From positions 1,760,001 to 1,824,000 of the forward strand of contig CAWETU010000001.1 of NCBI GenBank assembly GCA_963812135.1: DNA of 64,000 nucleotides, written 5' to 3'. A program made the translations under genes and the position numbers. This DNA is from Vulcanimicrobiota bacterium (lineage in GTDB: Bacteria > Vulcanimicrobiota > Vulcanimicrobiia > Eremiobacterales > Eremiobacteraceae). Shown here in pieces: positions 1 through 10,148 of this stretch (the first letter of the stretch is position 1; each line of letters opens with the position of its first letter). The notes below the pieces were generated by a model. The model was not told the origin of the DNA and searched no databases. It saw only the letters and a program-made list of their open reading frames with translations.

Positions 1-466
1 GGTCTTGATCGGTGATGCGCTGACTTCCGCGTACCGGCGCGAGTCCGGCGAGAATCTTGTCGTAGGTGGCGCCGGTCTTGACCAGCAGATCCTTGGCTTC
101 GGATTTGCCCTGTGTGGCCGCGATCGCCAAGAGCAGGTGTTCGGTCGAGACGTATTCGTCTTTGAACTTCTCCGCTTCTTGTGTCGCGCGGTTCAGGAGG
201 TCGTTCATCTCGCGTCCGAAGCGCGGTTCAGCGCCGCCGTACACTTTGGGTCGTGCGTCGAGCGCGGCCGTGACTGCGTTGCGGAGCTGGTCGACGTTGA
301 CGCCGATCTGGCGGAGCACGATCGCGGGCGTGCCCTCGGCGTCGTCGAGCAGCGCGGCGAGCAGGTGTTCGGCATCGATCTCAGCGGCGTGGCGTTCGCC
401 GGCGATCCGTTGCGCCTCGACGAGCGCTTCCTGTGCCTTGCGAGTCAGTTTGTTGAAGTCCGTCAT
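1..466 (-). CDS. clpB: ATP-dependent chaperone ClpB, N-terminal part (runs off window start)
   Basis: Manual translation from ATG 466: MTDFNKLTRKAQEALVEAQRIA...EHLLAALL...DEYVSTEHLLLAI...VRGSQRITDQD, two Clp-N repeats followed by the ClpB linker. Confidence 0.9.
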   Translation of the reverse strand, partial: MTDFNKLTRKAQEALVEAQRIAGERHAAEIDAEHLLAALLDDAEGTPAIVLRQIGVNVDQLRNAVTAALDARPKVYGGAEPRFGREMNDLLNRATQEAEKFKDEYVSTEHLLLAIAATQGKSEAKDLLVKTGATYDKILAGLAPVRGSQRITDQD

Positions 467-504
467 CGAACGCCCCTTCGCTTATCCATGCACATTTTCT
501 ACAG

Positions 505-525
505 GTTGAGCATACCTAATTCATT
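505..525. promoter_or_regulatory. Possible HAIR-like (HspR) operator upstream of clpB
   Basis: GTTGAGC-N7-ATTCATT versus HAIR consensus CTTGAGT-N7-ACTCAAG (9/14 matches), about 40 bp upstream of the clpB start. Confidence 0.3.
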
Positions 526-572
526 GCGCCTATATCGGACCCTTGTCGGACACCCGTCCGTGCGTGATTGCG

Positions 573-602
573 TTGCAAACGAGCTGGTCTTTCCGCTACA
601 AT
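573..602 (+). promoter_or_regulatory. Sigma70-type promoter for the pilin-like operon
   Basis: TTGCAA(573-578)-N18-TACAAT(597-602) upstream of GAGGAG and ORF 637. Confidence 0.5.
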
Positions 603-636
603 CCCATCACACGACCTGTCGAGGAGATGACACGCA

Positions 637-2115
637 TTGCCGCATCAGCACACGTGCGGACCTCGCGTCACAGCAGTCATCTTCGCCACCCTCTGTCTCC
701 AGCTCGGCGGAGGGAGCGCCGCCCGCGGTGCCGGGGTGCCTCCGATCCTCGAGCGGATGTCGGGCTTCGCGTGCCGGATCGACTATACGGGTCACCGTTC
801 GGATGTGCTCAGCGCACCGGAGGTCAGCGGTACGGCGCGCATCGGGCCCGACGGCTTCAGCCTCGACGAGCACGCGCCCAACTACACGCTGCATGCCGAC
901 GCCGGCGGCGTGGTCGTGCGCGCGGGCGCGACGACGGCGCAGACCACCGATCCGTTTGACGCTGACGCCTTAATCAACCCGTGGGCCGTCGCGCTTGCGG
1001 CGCTGTCGCACGGCGGGCTGCGCCAACGCAACGCGGGGTCGTGGCAGACGCCGAACGGCGTGCTCGTCTACTTCGACCCAAACGGTGCGGTGGCCGGCCT
1101 CTCGAACGGGCGTGACAACGGTCTTGCGCTCACGTTTTCCGGCTGGAGCGATATCGCCGGCGTGCCGGTGCCGACGCGCATCGTGCGGCTACGCCAGGGA
1201 ACGCAGGTCGCGACGTTTCAGATCGACCGGCTCACGCTTGTTCGCGACGCTGGGCGAAGCGGTTCGAGGCCAGCGGCTGCTTCTGCGACGCTCTCCGTGC
1301 AGCCGGCTCAGCGCATTAGCGTAACGAATCCGCCGGGCGATGAGGCTGAGGCGGCGGCGCCGCCCTTTCCGCTGCGTATCGTCCTCACGCTGTTCGGGAT
1401 GCTCTCGCTTGCCGTGGCGCTCGTCGCATGGTTCCATCGCGATGCGTTCACACTGCGGCTGTGCACCGGCATCGCCGACGATCCGCGCGGCTGGCGATCG
1501 CTCGCCATTGCGTCGTACGTTTCTCCCGACGGCGTCTTGCTGCTCGAAGGCAATCGATATCGCGTCGGGCCGGAGTTCTTCGCGCGCCCCGTCGAAGTGC
1601 AGCACTCCGCGCTCTTCGTCCGCGTCAGCGCGCCCGGGCTCTCCAAGGTCGTCGTGTTGCCGCGCCGCCTGCCGCGTCTCGCCGCGGGGCGTACGCCAAG
1701 CCGTCGCGCTGCCAGCGCAGGATTGAGTTTGATCGAAACGCTGGTCTCGATCTCGTTCTTCACCGTCGTCATCGTGGTCGCGGTGTATCCGGCGCTCACC
1801 GCGGTCGCTCGGGCCGACTATGTCGCCGCGCAAAAGCGCGCAGCGTTGGCGGCTGTCGCCAACGCGCTCACCGACGAGGAGATGGCGTGCGCGTACGGTA
1901 CGGTGACGCCCACCGGCACGACGACGACATCCGTCAACGGCATGACGGTGACAATCGCGGTGACCGACTCCGCGGTCGCGGGAGGGCGCGACATCGCCGT
2001 GTCGGCGACAGACCCATCCGGCCGCGTCCTCGCGCAGCTGGCCACGACTGTTGGCCCGCCGGTGCCGGCGCCGGGCTCGGGAGCGCCACCGCCGACGGGG
2101 CCGGGAGGTCCCTGA
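637..2115 (+). CDS. Membrane protein with an internal class III (prepilin) motif and C-terminal pilin-like domain
   Basis: 492-aa ORF; hydrophobic N-terminus, central TM (LRIVLTLFGMLSLAVALVAWF), then RRAASAG|LSLIETLVSISFFTVVIVVAV type IV pilin motif; start codon uncertain. Confidence 0.7.
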   Translation: MPHQHTCGPRVTAVIFATLCLQLGGGSAARGAGVPPILERMSGFACRIDYTGHRSDVLSAPEVSGTARIGPDGFSLDEHAPNYTLHADAGGVVVRAGATTAQTTDPFDADALINPWAVALAALSHGGLRQRNAGSWQTPNGVLVYFDPNGAVAGLSNGRDNGLALTFSGWSDIAGVPVPTRIVRLRQGTQVATFQIDRLTLVRDAGRSGSRPAAASATLSVQPAQRISVTNPPGDEAEAAAPPFPLRIVLTLFGMLSLAVALVAWFHRDAFTLRLCTGIADDPRGWRSLAIASYVSPDGVLLLEGNRYRVGPEFFARPVEVQHSALFVRVSAPGLSKVVVLPRRLPRLAAGRTPSRRAASAGLSLIETLVSISFFTVVIVVAVYPALTAVARADYVAAQKRAALAAVANALTDEEMACAYGTVTPTGTTTTSVNGMTVTIAVTDSAVAGGRDIAVSATDPSGRVLAQLATTVGPPVPAPGSGAPPPTGPGGP

Positions 2116-2116
2116 G

Positions 2117-2800
2117 GTGCGCAAGGAACGCGGCATCGCGCTCATCACGGTCTTGCTCGCGACGACGTTGCTGCTCGCGCTGTTGGCGTTTCTCGTCAAC
2201 ATCGGCACGTCGGGGCTGCGGCGCGCCACCGAGGAGCAATGGGAGCTGCAGGCACAAGCGGGCGCCGATGCCGGCGTCGGCTGGATCCGTGCGCTCCTCG
2301 ACCAACGCCAGGGCGACGTCGTCGCGACGTTGGGCGACGTGGCCGCTGCGCACAGCCTGTACACCGTGACGATCGACGAACGCACGCAGGTGCAGGCGCG
2401 CGTCGCGATCCGGCTCGACACGTCAGGCGCCACCAACGATCATCTCGACGTGAATCTGCAGCAGAACCCGAGCATCGACGAAACGCCGTTGCAGGTCGGC
2501 GTGACCGCGACCGTCGTCATCGACGGCACGCCGGTCGCGACGCGCAGCACGACGGCGCTCGTGCGGGTGTTCCGGCGCTTCGCGCCATACTCCGAAACGG
2601 TCGGCGTGATCGACAATTCCGGCCCGGTCGGCGTGGAAAGTCCGGGTGACCCGGCAGGGCAGCCCGGCGGTTCGCTCGCGACCGACTTGCGCATCCACGT
2701 CTTCACGACCGGCGCGAGCGGGGAGCCGGTCCCCAACGATTCATTTGGCGACCAGCACTGGTGGGATGGCAACTCGGCACCCTCAGGAGCGTTGCCGTGA
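2117..2800 (+). CDS. PilX/GspK-like minor (pseudo)pilin
   Basis: GTG start 1 nt after the upstream stop; RKERG|IALITVLLATTLLLALLAFLV, lacks Glu5 as in PilX/GspK; QAQAGADAGV helix. Confidence 0.7.
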   Translation: MRKERGIALITVLLATTLLLALLAFLVNIGTSGLRRATEEQWELQAQAGADAGVGWIRALLDQRQGDVVATLGDVAAAHSLYTVTIDERTQVQARVAIRLDTSGATNDHLDVNLQQNPSIDETPLQVGVTATVVIDGTPVATRSTTALVRVFRRFAPYSETVGVIDNSGPVGVESPGDPAGQPGGSLATDLRIHVFTTGASGEPVPNDSFGDQHWWDGNSAPSGALP

Positions 2801-3321
2801 CGGCGGCCTCGCACGCCCGTGGCATGACCCTGTTGGAGGTGCTCGTCGCCGCGGCCATCCTCGCGCTCGCGAGTGCGCTGGTGCTGCTCACGCCGTTTCG
2901 AGAGTACGTCCACGGGCGAGCGGCCTCGGATGCGGCGACGACCATGGCGCAAGACATCGCGCTGCTGGAGCGCGCCGCGCAGAACGGCGGCGCGAACGAT
3001 GGCGCGACGCTGCAGATCGTCTCGACGAACCCGTTGGTCTACGACTGCTACTATGGGCGGCCCAACGCGCTCGATCCCAATTCAGCGCTTGGCCCGCTGA
3101 TCGTCCATCGGTCTTTTGACGATGTCGCGTTGAGCGCCGGTCCGATCGATGCCACCACACCGTTGCTCTTCGCGAGCAACGGCAGCGTGCAGTACGTGGC
3201 GGCCGGTATTTGGGCCGATCAGCACCAGACGATCGAGGTGACGCTGACGCCCGCAAGCGATGCGTCGCGGGTGGCCAAAGTCGACCTGAATCTGTTCACC
3301 GGCGGCGTATCGCTTCCGTAA
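2797..3321 (+). CDS. Prepilin-type N-terminal cleavage/methylation protein (FimT/GspH-like)
   Basis: GTGA overlap; HARG|MTLLEVLVAAAILALASALV motif. Confidence 0.75.
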   Translation: MTAASHARGMTLLEVLVAAAILALASALVLLTPFREYVHGRAASDAATTMAQDIALLERAAQNGGANDGATLQIVSTNPLVYDCYYGRPNALDPNSALGPLIVHRSFDDVALSAGPIDATTPLLFASNGSVQYVAAGIWADQHQTIEVTLTPASDASRVAKVDLNLFTGGVSLP

Positions 3322-3333
3322 CGGGCGACGCCG

Positions 3334-5187
3334 TTAGACGTAGTCGCCTAGCACGATCGTGACGTCGCGCGTCTCGCCGGTCTTCGATTTCACCGTCATC
3401 GGGATGCTGGTCCCAGCGGGTCCCATGAACAGCGCTCGGATTTGCTGCAGATCCATACCGGTCGTCGAGACGCCTTTGATCGCGGTGATCGTATCGCCGC
3501 GCACGAGCCCGGCCTGGGCGCCAGGCGTGCCAGGACGCGCATCGATGACGATGGGTGCGCCGCCCTGGACTACCAGGAACAACCCCGATCGATCTTGCGG
3601 CTCGGCCTTATCGAAGTCGGCGTTCGGGGTCAGCGCCATCGTCTGCTTCGTGTAGTCGAAGACCACCGTGAAGCGGCGCCAAACGCCGCCGCCGATGTTG
3701 CCAGCGATAAACGGGTTGGCGAAATAGCCTTTCTTCTGAACGCTGAAATCGGTGATCACGTTCTGGAGCTTCGTCGCGCCGATCTGCAGCGACGTCAACC
3801 GTCCGATCCGGCCGAGCGCCGGCCCGCCGACGCCGAAGCCGTTGATGCCGACGCCTGTCGCGTTGGCCGGCATCAGTTCCGGATGCGCGGTCCAAAACGG
3901 CGTGAGGACGGATATCGCGGCGCGGCTACCCGTGTCCACCGAACAATCGCCGGCGACGCTATCGAGCTGGCAGGCGATCTGCGGAATCGTCGAATTGAAG
4001 ACGAACGGCACGACGTCGGCGCCGCTCGGCGCTGACGCTGCGGCGCTCGGCATCCGAAACGTCAGCTTGCGGTTCGCATAGTCGAACGTGGTGACATAGC
4101 GCGCAAGCACCTCGAAGCCGATGAGCCCATCGAGCGGCACGCCGCTGGCAACGCTGAAGCCTTGGCGCACCGGCAGTACGGCGAAGTACTGGTCTTTGAT
4201 GGTGGCGGCGCCCATCGAGAGCGTCGCGACCTTGGCGAACGCGACCGTTTCGGTCTGATTGCCGACGCCGCTGCCCTGAATGGCGCCGGAGGACTGGAGT
4301 CCCAGCTGCTGCGCGATCGACGAATCGATGACGTTGGAGCCGCCGGTGTCGAACGCGAAGTGGTATGGGCCGTTCCCGTTGATCATCACCGAGAGGTAGA
4401 CGTGGTTGTCGATCAAGTCGATCGGAACGGTCGTCTGGTCGCCGCCGGCGATCGAGTAATCCGAGACGTGTGATACCGGCTTGGCGACGTGCGCTGCAAC
4501 ACCGGGGGGATTGAACGTGATGCTCGTCGCCTGCGCGTCGACCTCGTTGCCCTCGTCCGTCGTCTGATGCTCGTGAAACGGCAGCTTGATGCCGCTGACA
4601 ACACGATAGTCCGAAAACGTCGTCGTCGTCGTTTGGATGCCGATGGTCGAGATGACGCGCGCCGGCAAGTGAGTCGCCGCCGCGATCCACACCTGGAGCG
4701 GCAGCCCGTTCGGCGGCGTCGCATCGACGACGTCGTACGCGACGCCTTTGTCGACCTTCCGCCCTGCATAGGAGACGACGCCGCGCTTGCCAGGACGCAG
4801 CAGATCGTTGTTGCTAAGATATGTGGTGAGGACGGCTGCGTAGCGGCCGGCCTGCCCGCCGTCGACCCAGACCAGCCCGCTGGAATCCTGATTCCAGGCA
4901 TTCGTGCCGTCAAAGCCGCCGCCGCCGGAGAACGGACCGGCATCGAGCGTCTCGGCCTGAGCGCCGGACGCGTAGTCCACCCACTCATCGAACGTGCCTT
5001 TGACGCCGGTGATCGCGACCGTGCCGGTCGCGTGGAACGAGAGCGCGCGATCGAGAGCGTTGCCGCCCGACGCTGTGCGGGTCTGCTTCAAGACATCATC
5101 GATCGGAGCGGCAAGCGAGGGCTTCGGCGCGACGAGACCGATCACGACGAACGCAAGCGCGGCCACTTTCATATATGAACTGTTCAT
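3334..5187 (-). CDS. Secreted retropepsin-like aspartyl protease with C-terminal PDZ domain
   Basis: Signal peptide; FAFDTGG and VDTGS catalytic motifs; GLIGFEVL/GNIGGG; C-terminal PGTPGAQAGLVRGDTITAIKG PDZ signature. Confidence 0.85.
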   Translation of the reverse strand: MNSSYMKVAALAFVVIGLVAPKPSLAAPIDDVLKQTRTASGGNALDRALSFHATGTVAITGVKGTFDEWVDYASGAQAETLDAGPFSGGGGFDGTNAWNQDSSGLVWVDGGQAGRYAAVLTTYLSNNDLLRPGKRGVVSYAGRKVDKGVAYDVVDATPPNGLPLQVWIAAATHLPARVISTIGIQTTTTTFSDYRVVSGIKLPFHEHQTTDEGNEVDAQATSITFNPPGVAAHVAKPVSHVSDYSIAGGDQTTVPIDLIDNHVYLSVMINGNGPYHFAFDTGGSNVIDSSIAQQLGLQSSGAIQGSGVGNQTETVAFAKVATLSMGAATIKDQYFAVLPVRQGFSVASGVPLDGLIGFEVLARYVTTFDYANRKLTFRMPSAAASAPSGADVVPFVFNSTIPQIACQLDSVAGDCSVDTGSRAAISVLTPFWTAHPELMPANATGVGINGFGVGGPALGRIGRLTSLQIGATKLQNVITDFSVQKKGYFANPFIAGNIGGGVWRRFTVVFDYTKQTMALTPNADFDKAEPQDRSGLFLVVQGGAPIVIDARPGTPGAQAGLVRGDTITAIKGVSTTGMDLQQIRALFMGPAGTSIPMTVKSKTGETRDVTIVLGDYV

Positions 5188-5230
5188 CCGGGGACTACTC
5201 GGCCCCGGCCGCGTTTGTTTCCTTTCTGGT

Positions 5231-8200
5231 TCAATGGAAGTCGCGCGAGGTCAGACCCTTGGCCAGCTGGTCCAGGTCGAGCTTCCAAAAGCGCCGGGCC
5301 AAAATGTTGACGCGCCCGTCGTCCTTCTGCAAGACACCTTCGACGATCACCGCCGGCTCGTCGCGCGCAATCGGCCGGTATTTCTGATAGATGTCCGGAC
5401 GGATGATCACGTTCATGAGCCCGGTCTCGTCCTCCATGGTCGTGAACACGAAGCCCTTGGCCGTCCCCGGCCGTTGCCGCGTGGTCACGATGCCCGCGAC
5501 CTTTGCCACTAGCCGGTTCGGCAATCGCGCCAGATCGGCCGCGCAGTAGATCCGTTTGGCTTTGAGCTGCTCGCGATAGAACTGCATCGCGTGATATTTC
5601 GTCGAGAGGCCCAAGCCCCAAAAATCGGCGGCCGCTTCTTCGACTTGATGCATGCGCGGCAGTGCGACAGGCGGTTCGTCGATCGGCATGTCGCGCTCGA
5701 GCGCGCCGACGCGCGGCAGCACCGCCATGCGCTGCACTTCCCAGATCGCCTGTCGGCGCGAAAGATCGAAGCATGCAAAGGCATCGACGGCTGCGAGCGA
5801 TTCCAAGATGTCTTTGGGCAATCCGGTGCGCAGCACGAAGTCGCGCAGGTCTTGGTATGGCCCCGTGAGGCGCTGGCCTTCGAGCATCTCTTTGTGCTTC
5901 GCGCCGATGCCGCGCACTTGGCTGAGGCCGATGCGCAATGCGACCGGATGTTGCCACTTCGACGGGTAGTCAGAGCCGCGCGGGTCGCGAGCTTCGCTCT
6001 CGACGGCACTCGAGCTGCGCTCGGGTCGCTACATTGCGCATCAAAGGTTCGACGGTGCAGGCGAAATGCGATCGGTTCACGTCCGGCGGCAGAATCGTCA
6101 CGTTGTGATGCTTCGCATCGGCGATCAGCGATTCGGGCGAATAGAACCCCATCGGCTGCGCGTTGAGCAGCGATGCGTAGAACTCCGGCGCGTAATAGCG
6201 TTTGAGAAAACCCGAGACGTAGACGATGAGCGCGAACGACGCGGCATGCGACTCCGGAAAACCGAAATCGGCGAAGGCGCTGAGCATCTGATAGATGCGC
6301 TCGGCGAGGTCGCGCGCGATGCCGTTCTTGCTCATGCCTTCGATGAGCCGGCCCTTGAGGCGCTCCATCTTCTCATACGAGCGCTTGTGGCCCATCGCGC
6401 GCCGCAATTCGTCCGCTTGGCCGGGCGTGAAACCCGCGGTCTCCACGGCGATGCGCATGCCTTGCTCTTGGAAGAGCGGCACGCCCAGCGTGCGTTCAAG
6501 GACCGGCACGAGCGCGGGATGCGGATAGGTCACGGGTTCGAGCCCTTTGCGCCGGCGGATGTACGGATGGACCATATCGCCTTGGATAGGCCCTGGCCGG
6601 ATGATCGCCACCTCCACGACGATGTCGTAGAAGTTGCGCGGCTTCAGGCGCGGCAGCGTCGCCATCTGCGCGCGCGACTCGACTTGGAACAGGCCCACCG
6701 TGTCCGCCGCACACAGCATGTCGTAGACCGCCGGGTCGTCGCAGGCGCGCAAGTCGACGAGATCGACCGTCTCGCCGCGCACGCGCTTGATCTCCTTGAT
6801 CGCCAGCTCGATGGCGTCAAGCATTCCAAGACCGAGCAGATCGATCTTGATCAAGCCCAGTGTCGCGCAATCATCCTTATCCCAGCACAAGATGGTGCGG
6901 TCGGGCATGGCGGCTTTTTCGAGCGGCGCGACTTCGATGAGCGGCGAGCGGGTGATCACCATGCCGCCGACGTGCTGGCTCAAGTGGCGCGGGAAGCTGT
7001 CGATGCGCCGACACAAATCGTACAGGCGCTGCGCGGTGTCGCTGCCGGATTCGATCGCCAGCGCGGCCGGCAGCGACGCGATCGCGCTCTCCACGTCTGC
7101 GGCGGACATCGGCAAAGGCTCGCCGTGCGTGGTGACCTGCATCGCTTCGTGGCGTGGCATGTCGAACGCCGCTTGCGCGGCCAGCGCGGCTTCTTCTCCG
7201 ACCCGCACGGACGAATAGCTGTCGAGCGACTTGGCCAGCGCATCCACTTGGTCGAGCGACAGACCGAGCGCTTTGCCGATGTCGCGCACCGCCGAGCGCG
7301 CGCGATAGCTGATCACTTCAGCGACCATGCCGCTGTGCTCGCGGCCGTAGCGCTGATAGACGTATTGGATGATCTGCTCGCGTTGATCGCCCGACGGGCA
7401 ATCGAGATCGATATCGGGCAGCTCGGCGCGCTCTTCGGACAGGAAACGCTCGAAGAGCATCTTCAAACCGACCGGATCGACGCTGGTGATGTTGAGCGCG
7501 TAGCAGACCGCCGAGTTGGCGGCCGAACCGCGGCCCTGGATCAAGATCTCGCGCTCCATCGCGAAACGCACGATATCCCAGACGATGAGGAAGTAGCCCG
7601 CCAGATCGAGCCGCTCGATGACCCCGAGCTCGTGCGCGATCTGTTTGCTCACCTCGGGCGTCACCGGCCGGTAGCGGCGGCGCACGCCCTCGTGCACCAA
7701 TGAATAAAGATAGGAAAACGCCGTTTCGCCTGGCGGCAACGGGAAATCGGGGAATTCGTTGCGCAGGCGGTCCAGGCGGAACGCGCAACGCTCCGCCAGC
7801 GCCGCGCTTGCCGCCACGGCGCGCGGGTGCTCGGCGAACAGCTTAGCCATCATCTCGGGTGAGCGCAGGTAGTATTCGCCGTTAGGACGCAAGCGCGTGC
7901 CGGCTTCATCCAGCGTCGTCTTGAGGCGGATGCAGGTGAGCACGTCGGCCAGCTCGCGGTGCTCTGGGATCGCATAATGCACGCCCCCGGTCGCCACCAG
8001 GCCGAGCTCGAGCGCGCCCGCGACGGCGGACAGCGCGCGGATGCGCGGGCCGTCCTCGGGCAACAGATGGCGCTGCAGCTCGATCCAGAAGTTGCCCCAG
8101 CCGAAGATGTCGCGCATTTTGGCGGCTTGCTCGCACGCGCCGCGGAAATCGCCGCGCGCCAATGCCTGCGGCACCGCACCATGCTCGCAGCCGGAGAGCG

Positions 8201-8561
8201 CGATGATCCCCTTTGCGTAGCGCGCGAGATTGTGGTACGACGTGCGCGGTTGGCCGCGTTCGTTGTCGAGGTGCCCCCGGCTGATCAGCCGGGAGAGATT
8301 GCCGTAACCTTCTCTGCTTTCTGCGAGCAGGATGAGGTGGTTATCGTCTTCGAGGGTGAGCTCAGCGCCGATGATCGCCGGCAGCTGCGACTCGCGCGCC
8401 GCCTGCGCGAAACGCACCGCGCCGTACAGGCCGTCGCGATCGGTGATGGCGAGGCCTGATAGACCAAGCTCCCACGCGCGTTCGACCAGCTCTTCAGGAT
8501 GCGACCCGCCCTCGCGCAACGAGAAGTTCGAATGGCAGTGCAGTTCTGCGTATTGCGTCAT
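5231..8561 (-). CDS. dnaE2: Error-prone DNA polymerase DnaE2/ImuC (one +1 frameshift at about 6028)
   Basis: YAELHCHSNFS PHP start, GRGSAANS, PDIDLD, KIDLLGLGML, FPESHAASFAL; C-terminal OB fold RQRPGTAKG and terminal SRDFH; removing G6028 restores one frame. Confidence 0.93.
5984..6034 (-). repeat. Double-hairpin GTAG palindromic element (family B) inside dnaE2
   Basis: gtcgcgagc-ttc-gctctcgac plus actcgagc-tgc-gctcgggt-cgctacat; homologous to the copies at 8849-8899 and 55056-55104. Confidence 0.8.
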
Positions 8562-8564
8562 CGG

Positions 8565-10148
8565 TCAATCGAACACGCCTTGGAGATACCAGCAACCATC
8601 GCGCATGTCGCGGAACACGAGCAGCAGCGCGCCCGCGTTGTCGACGAGCTGATAGTAATCGCGCTCGACCGGGTGCTCCCACCAGCTCTCGCTCAAACGG
8701 AAAGGCCCGGCGCGTGCAGCAGTCGGCGGCGGCACGGCGATCGGTTTAGGGGGCTCCACCAATCGCAGTGCGGGCGCCCACGCGCCGGGTGCCGGTCCGC
8801 GCTCCGCCGCGCGGACCTGGGTTCGAGGTGCGGGCAAGACGTCTATTGAGCTCGAGCGTTCGCTCGAGCTGACACCCGAGCTGCGCTCGGGTCCTACATT
8901 GCGCTCAAGCGTCGCAACGTTACGTTTGGTTCGCACGCGGCTGCGCGGCGGATCGTCCAACAGATCGCGTGGCGAGTCGATGGGAGTGGCCTGCTGCATG
9001 CGCTCGGGCAACCGCGAGCGGGTCGGCACGGGAAGCATCGTCACCACCTCATCACGGCGCAAGGCGGCCTGCAGCCGCGCGATGGTCGCGGCCACCGCGG
9101 CGCGGCGCGAAGCGGCGGTGCCGTCGAACAGCGAGAGCTGCGGCGGCGCTTGGCCGCACGGCGAGACCCGTGCGCCGATCGCCGCGATCGACTCGAGCAT
9201 CTCGCGCGACTCGAGCGCGATGCGCGCGAGATGGAACATCGTGTCCGCATTCGCGCTCGGCTCGGCGAGCAGCACCGGCACGATCGCGGTCTCGGCCGAG
9301 AACTCCAGCACGACATCGAAGCGATTGCAGGTCTGCGCGCAGCCGGCCAGCTTGGCCGCGACCGCGTTCAGACAACCGCGCAGCGCGAACAGCGCCGGCT
9401 CCAAGCGGTCGACCGCCCCGTCGAACGCGAAGCGCTCTTCATAGACCGCCAGCGCGCTGCGCGGCTGCAGCGGTTCGTCATCGGCACCGCGCGCCAGCCG
9501 CTGATAGCGACGCGCCCGCTCGCCGAATCGTAACGCAAGCGGTCCAGATGGCAAAGCCGCGAGCTGGCCGAGCGTCCGCAAGCCGAGCAGATCGAAGCGA
9601 TCCGCATCGCCCGGCGCAAGCGCAAGCAAACCGATGGACAGCGGCGCGAGAAACGCCGCGCTGCCATCCGGCGGCACGATGCTCACACCGCCGCCCGCGA
9701 CGAGCGCCGCGCAGCGTGCGGTGAACTTGTCGTCGGCGACCGCGGCGGTGCACGAAAAGCCGAGCGCGGTGGCCAGCGACATCGCGGCGCCGAGCGCGGC
9801 CGCTTCGCCGTTCGGCAATGCCGCCGCATCGAAATAGCAGATGCCGGGCGCGCTGCCTTCGACGAGTGGACCGCACGTCTCCAGCGCATCGAGCAGCTCG
9901 CGCGTGGCCGTGCGCTCCGCGTTCTCATCGCGCGCGACGACCACCAGACCCGGGCACGCGGCGCGTGCCTGTTTGGGGGTCATGCCCGGCACGACGCCGA
10001 TGCTGGTGCGGCTCGCCGCGACGATCTCACGCCGTGATTCGCCCTGCGCGATCGCGATCGGCCTGCCGCGCAGCGACGCTTTGCTCCGCAGACAGACTTC
10101 GACGGAGAACTGCGGCAAGACCAAACACGCGACGCGACGCTGCATCAC
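8565..10148 (-). CDS. imuB: Y-family polymerase-like accessory protein ImuB
   Basis: IMS-like N-terminus without catalytic acids, LGLRTLGQLAALP, C-terminal AGPFRLSESWW..RDYY..WYLQGVFD; lies between imuA and dnaE2. Confidence 0.88.
   Translation of the reverse strand: MMQRRVACLVLPQFSVEVCLRSKASLRGRPIAIAQGESRREIVAASRTSIGVVPGMTPKQARAACPGLVVVARDENAERTATRELLDALETCGPLVEGSAPGICYFDAAALPNGEAAALGAAMSLATALGFSCTAAVADDKFTARCAALVAGGGVSIVPPDGSAAFLAPLSIGLLALAPGDADRFDLLGLRTLGQLAALPSGPLALRFGERARRYQRLARGADDEPLQPRSALAVYEERFAFDGAVDRLEPALFALRGCLNAVAAKLAGCAQTCNRFDVVLEFSAETAIVPVLLAEPSANADTMFHLARIALESREMLESIAAIGARVSPCGQAPPQLSLFDGTAASRRAAVAATIARLQAALRRDEVVTMLPVPTRSRLPERMQQATPIDSPRDLLDDPPRSRVRTKRNVATLERNVGPERSSGVSSSERSSSIDVLPAPRTQVRAAERGPAPGAWAPALRLVEPPKPIAVPPPTAARAGPFRLSESWWEHPVERDYYQLVDNAGALLLVFRDMRDGCWYLQGVFD
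8849..8899 (-). repeat. Double-hairpin GTAG palindromic element (family B), in frame inside imuB
   Basis: agctcgagcg-tt-cgctcgagct plus acccgagc-tgc-gctcgggt-cctacat; encodes NVGPERSSGVSSSERSSS; 44/49 identical to 55056-55104. Confidence 0.88.

Noticed and set aside
5..973. 322-aa plus-strand ORF and the many other long overlapping ORFs in the track
   Set aside because: Antisense or alternative-frame shadows of real genes such as clpB, expected in high-GC DNA; no family motifs
7080..7210. Ala-rich extra segment in DnaE2 as a possible intein or repeat insertion
   Set aside because: No Cys/Ser start with His-Asn end, too short, and no similarity to either repeat family
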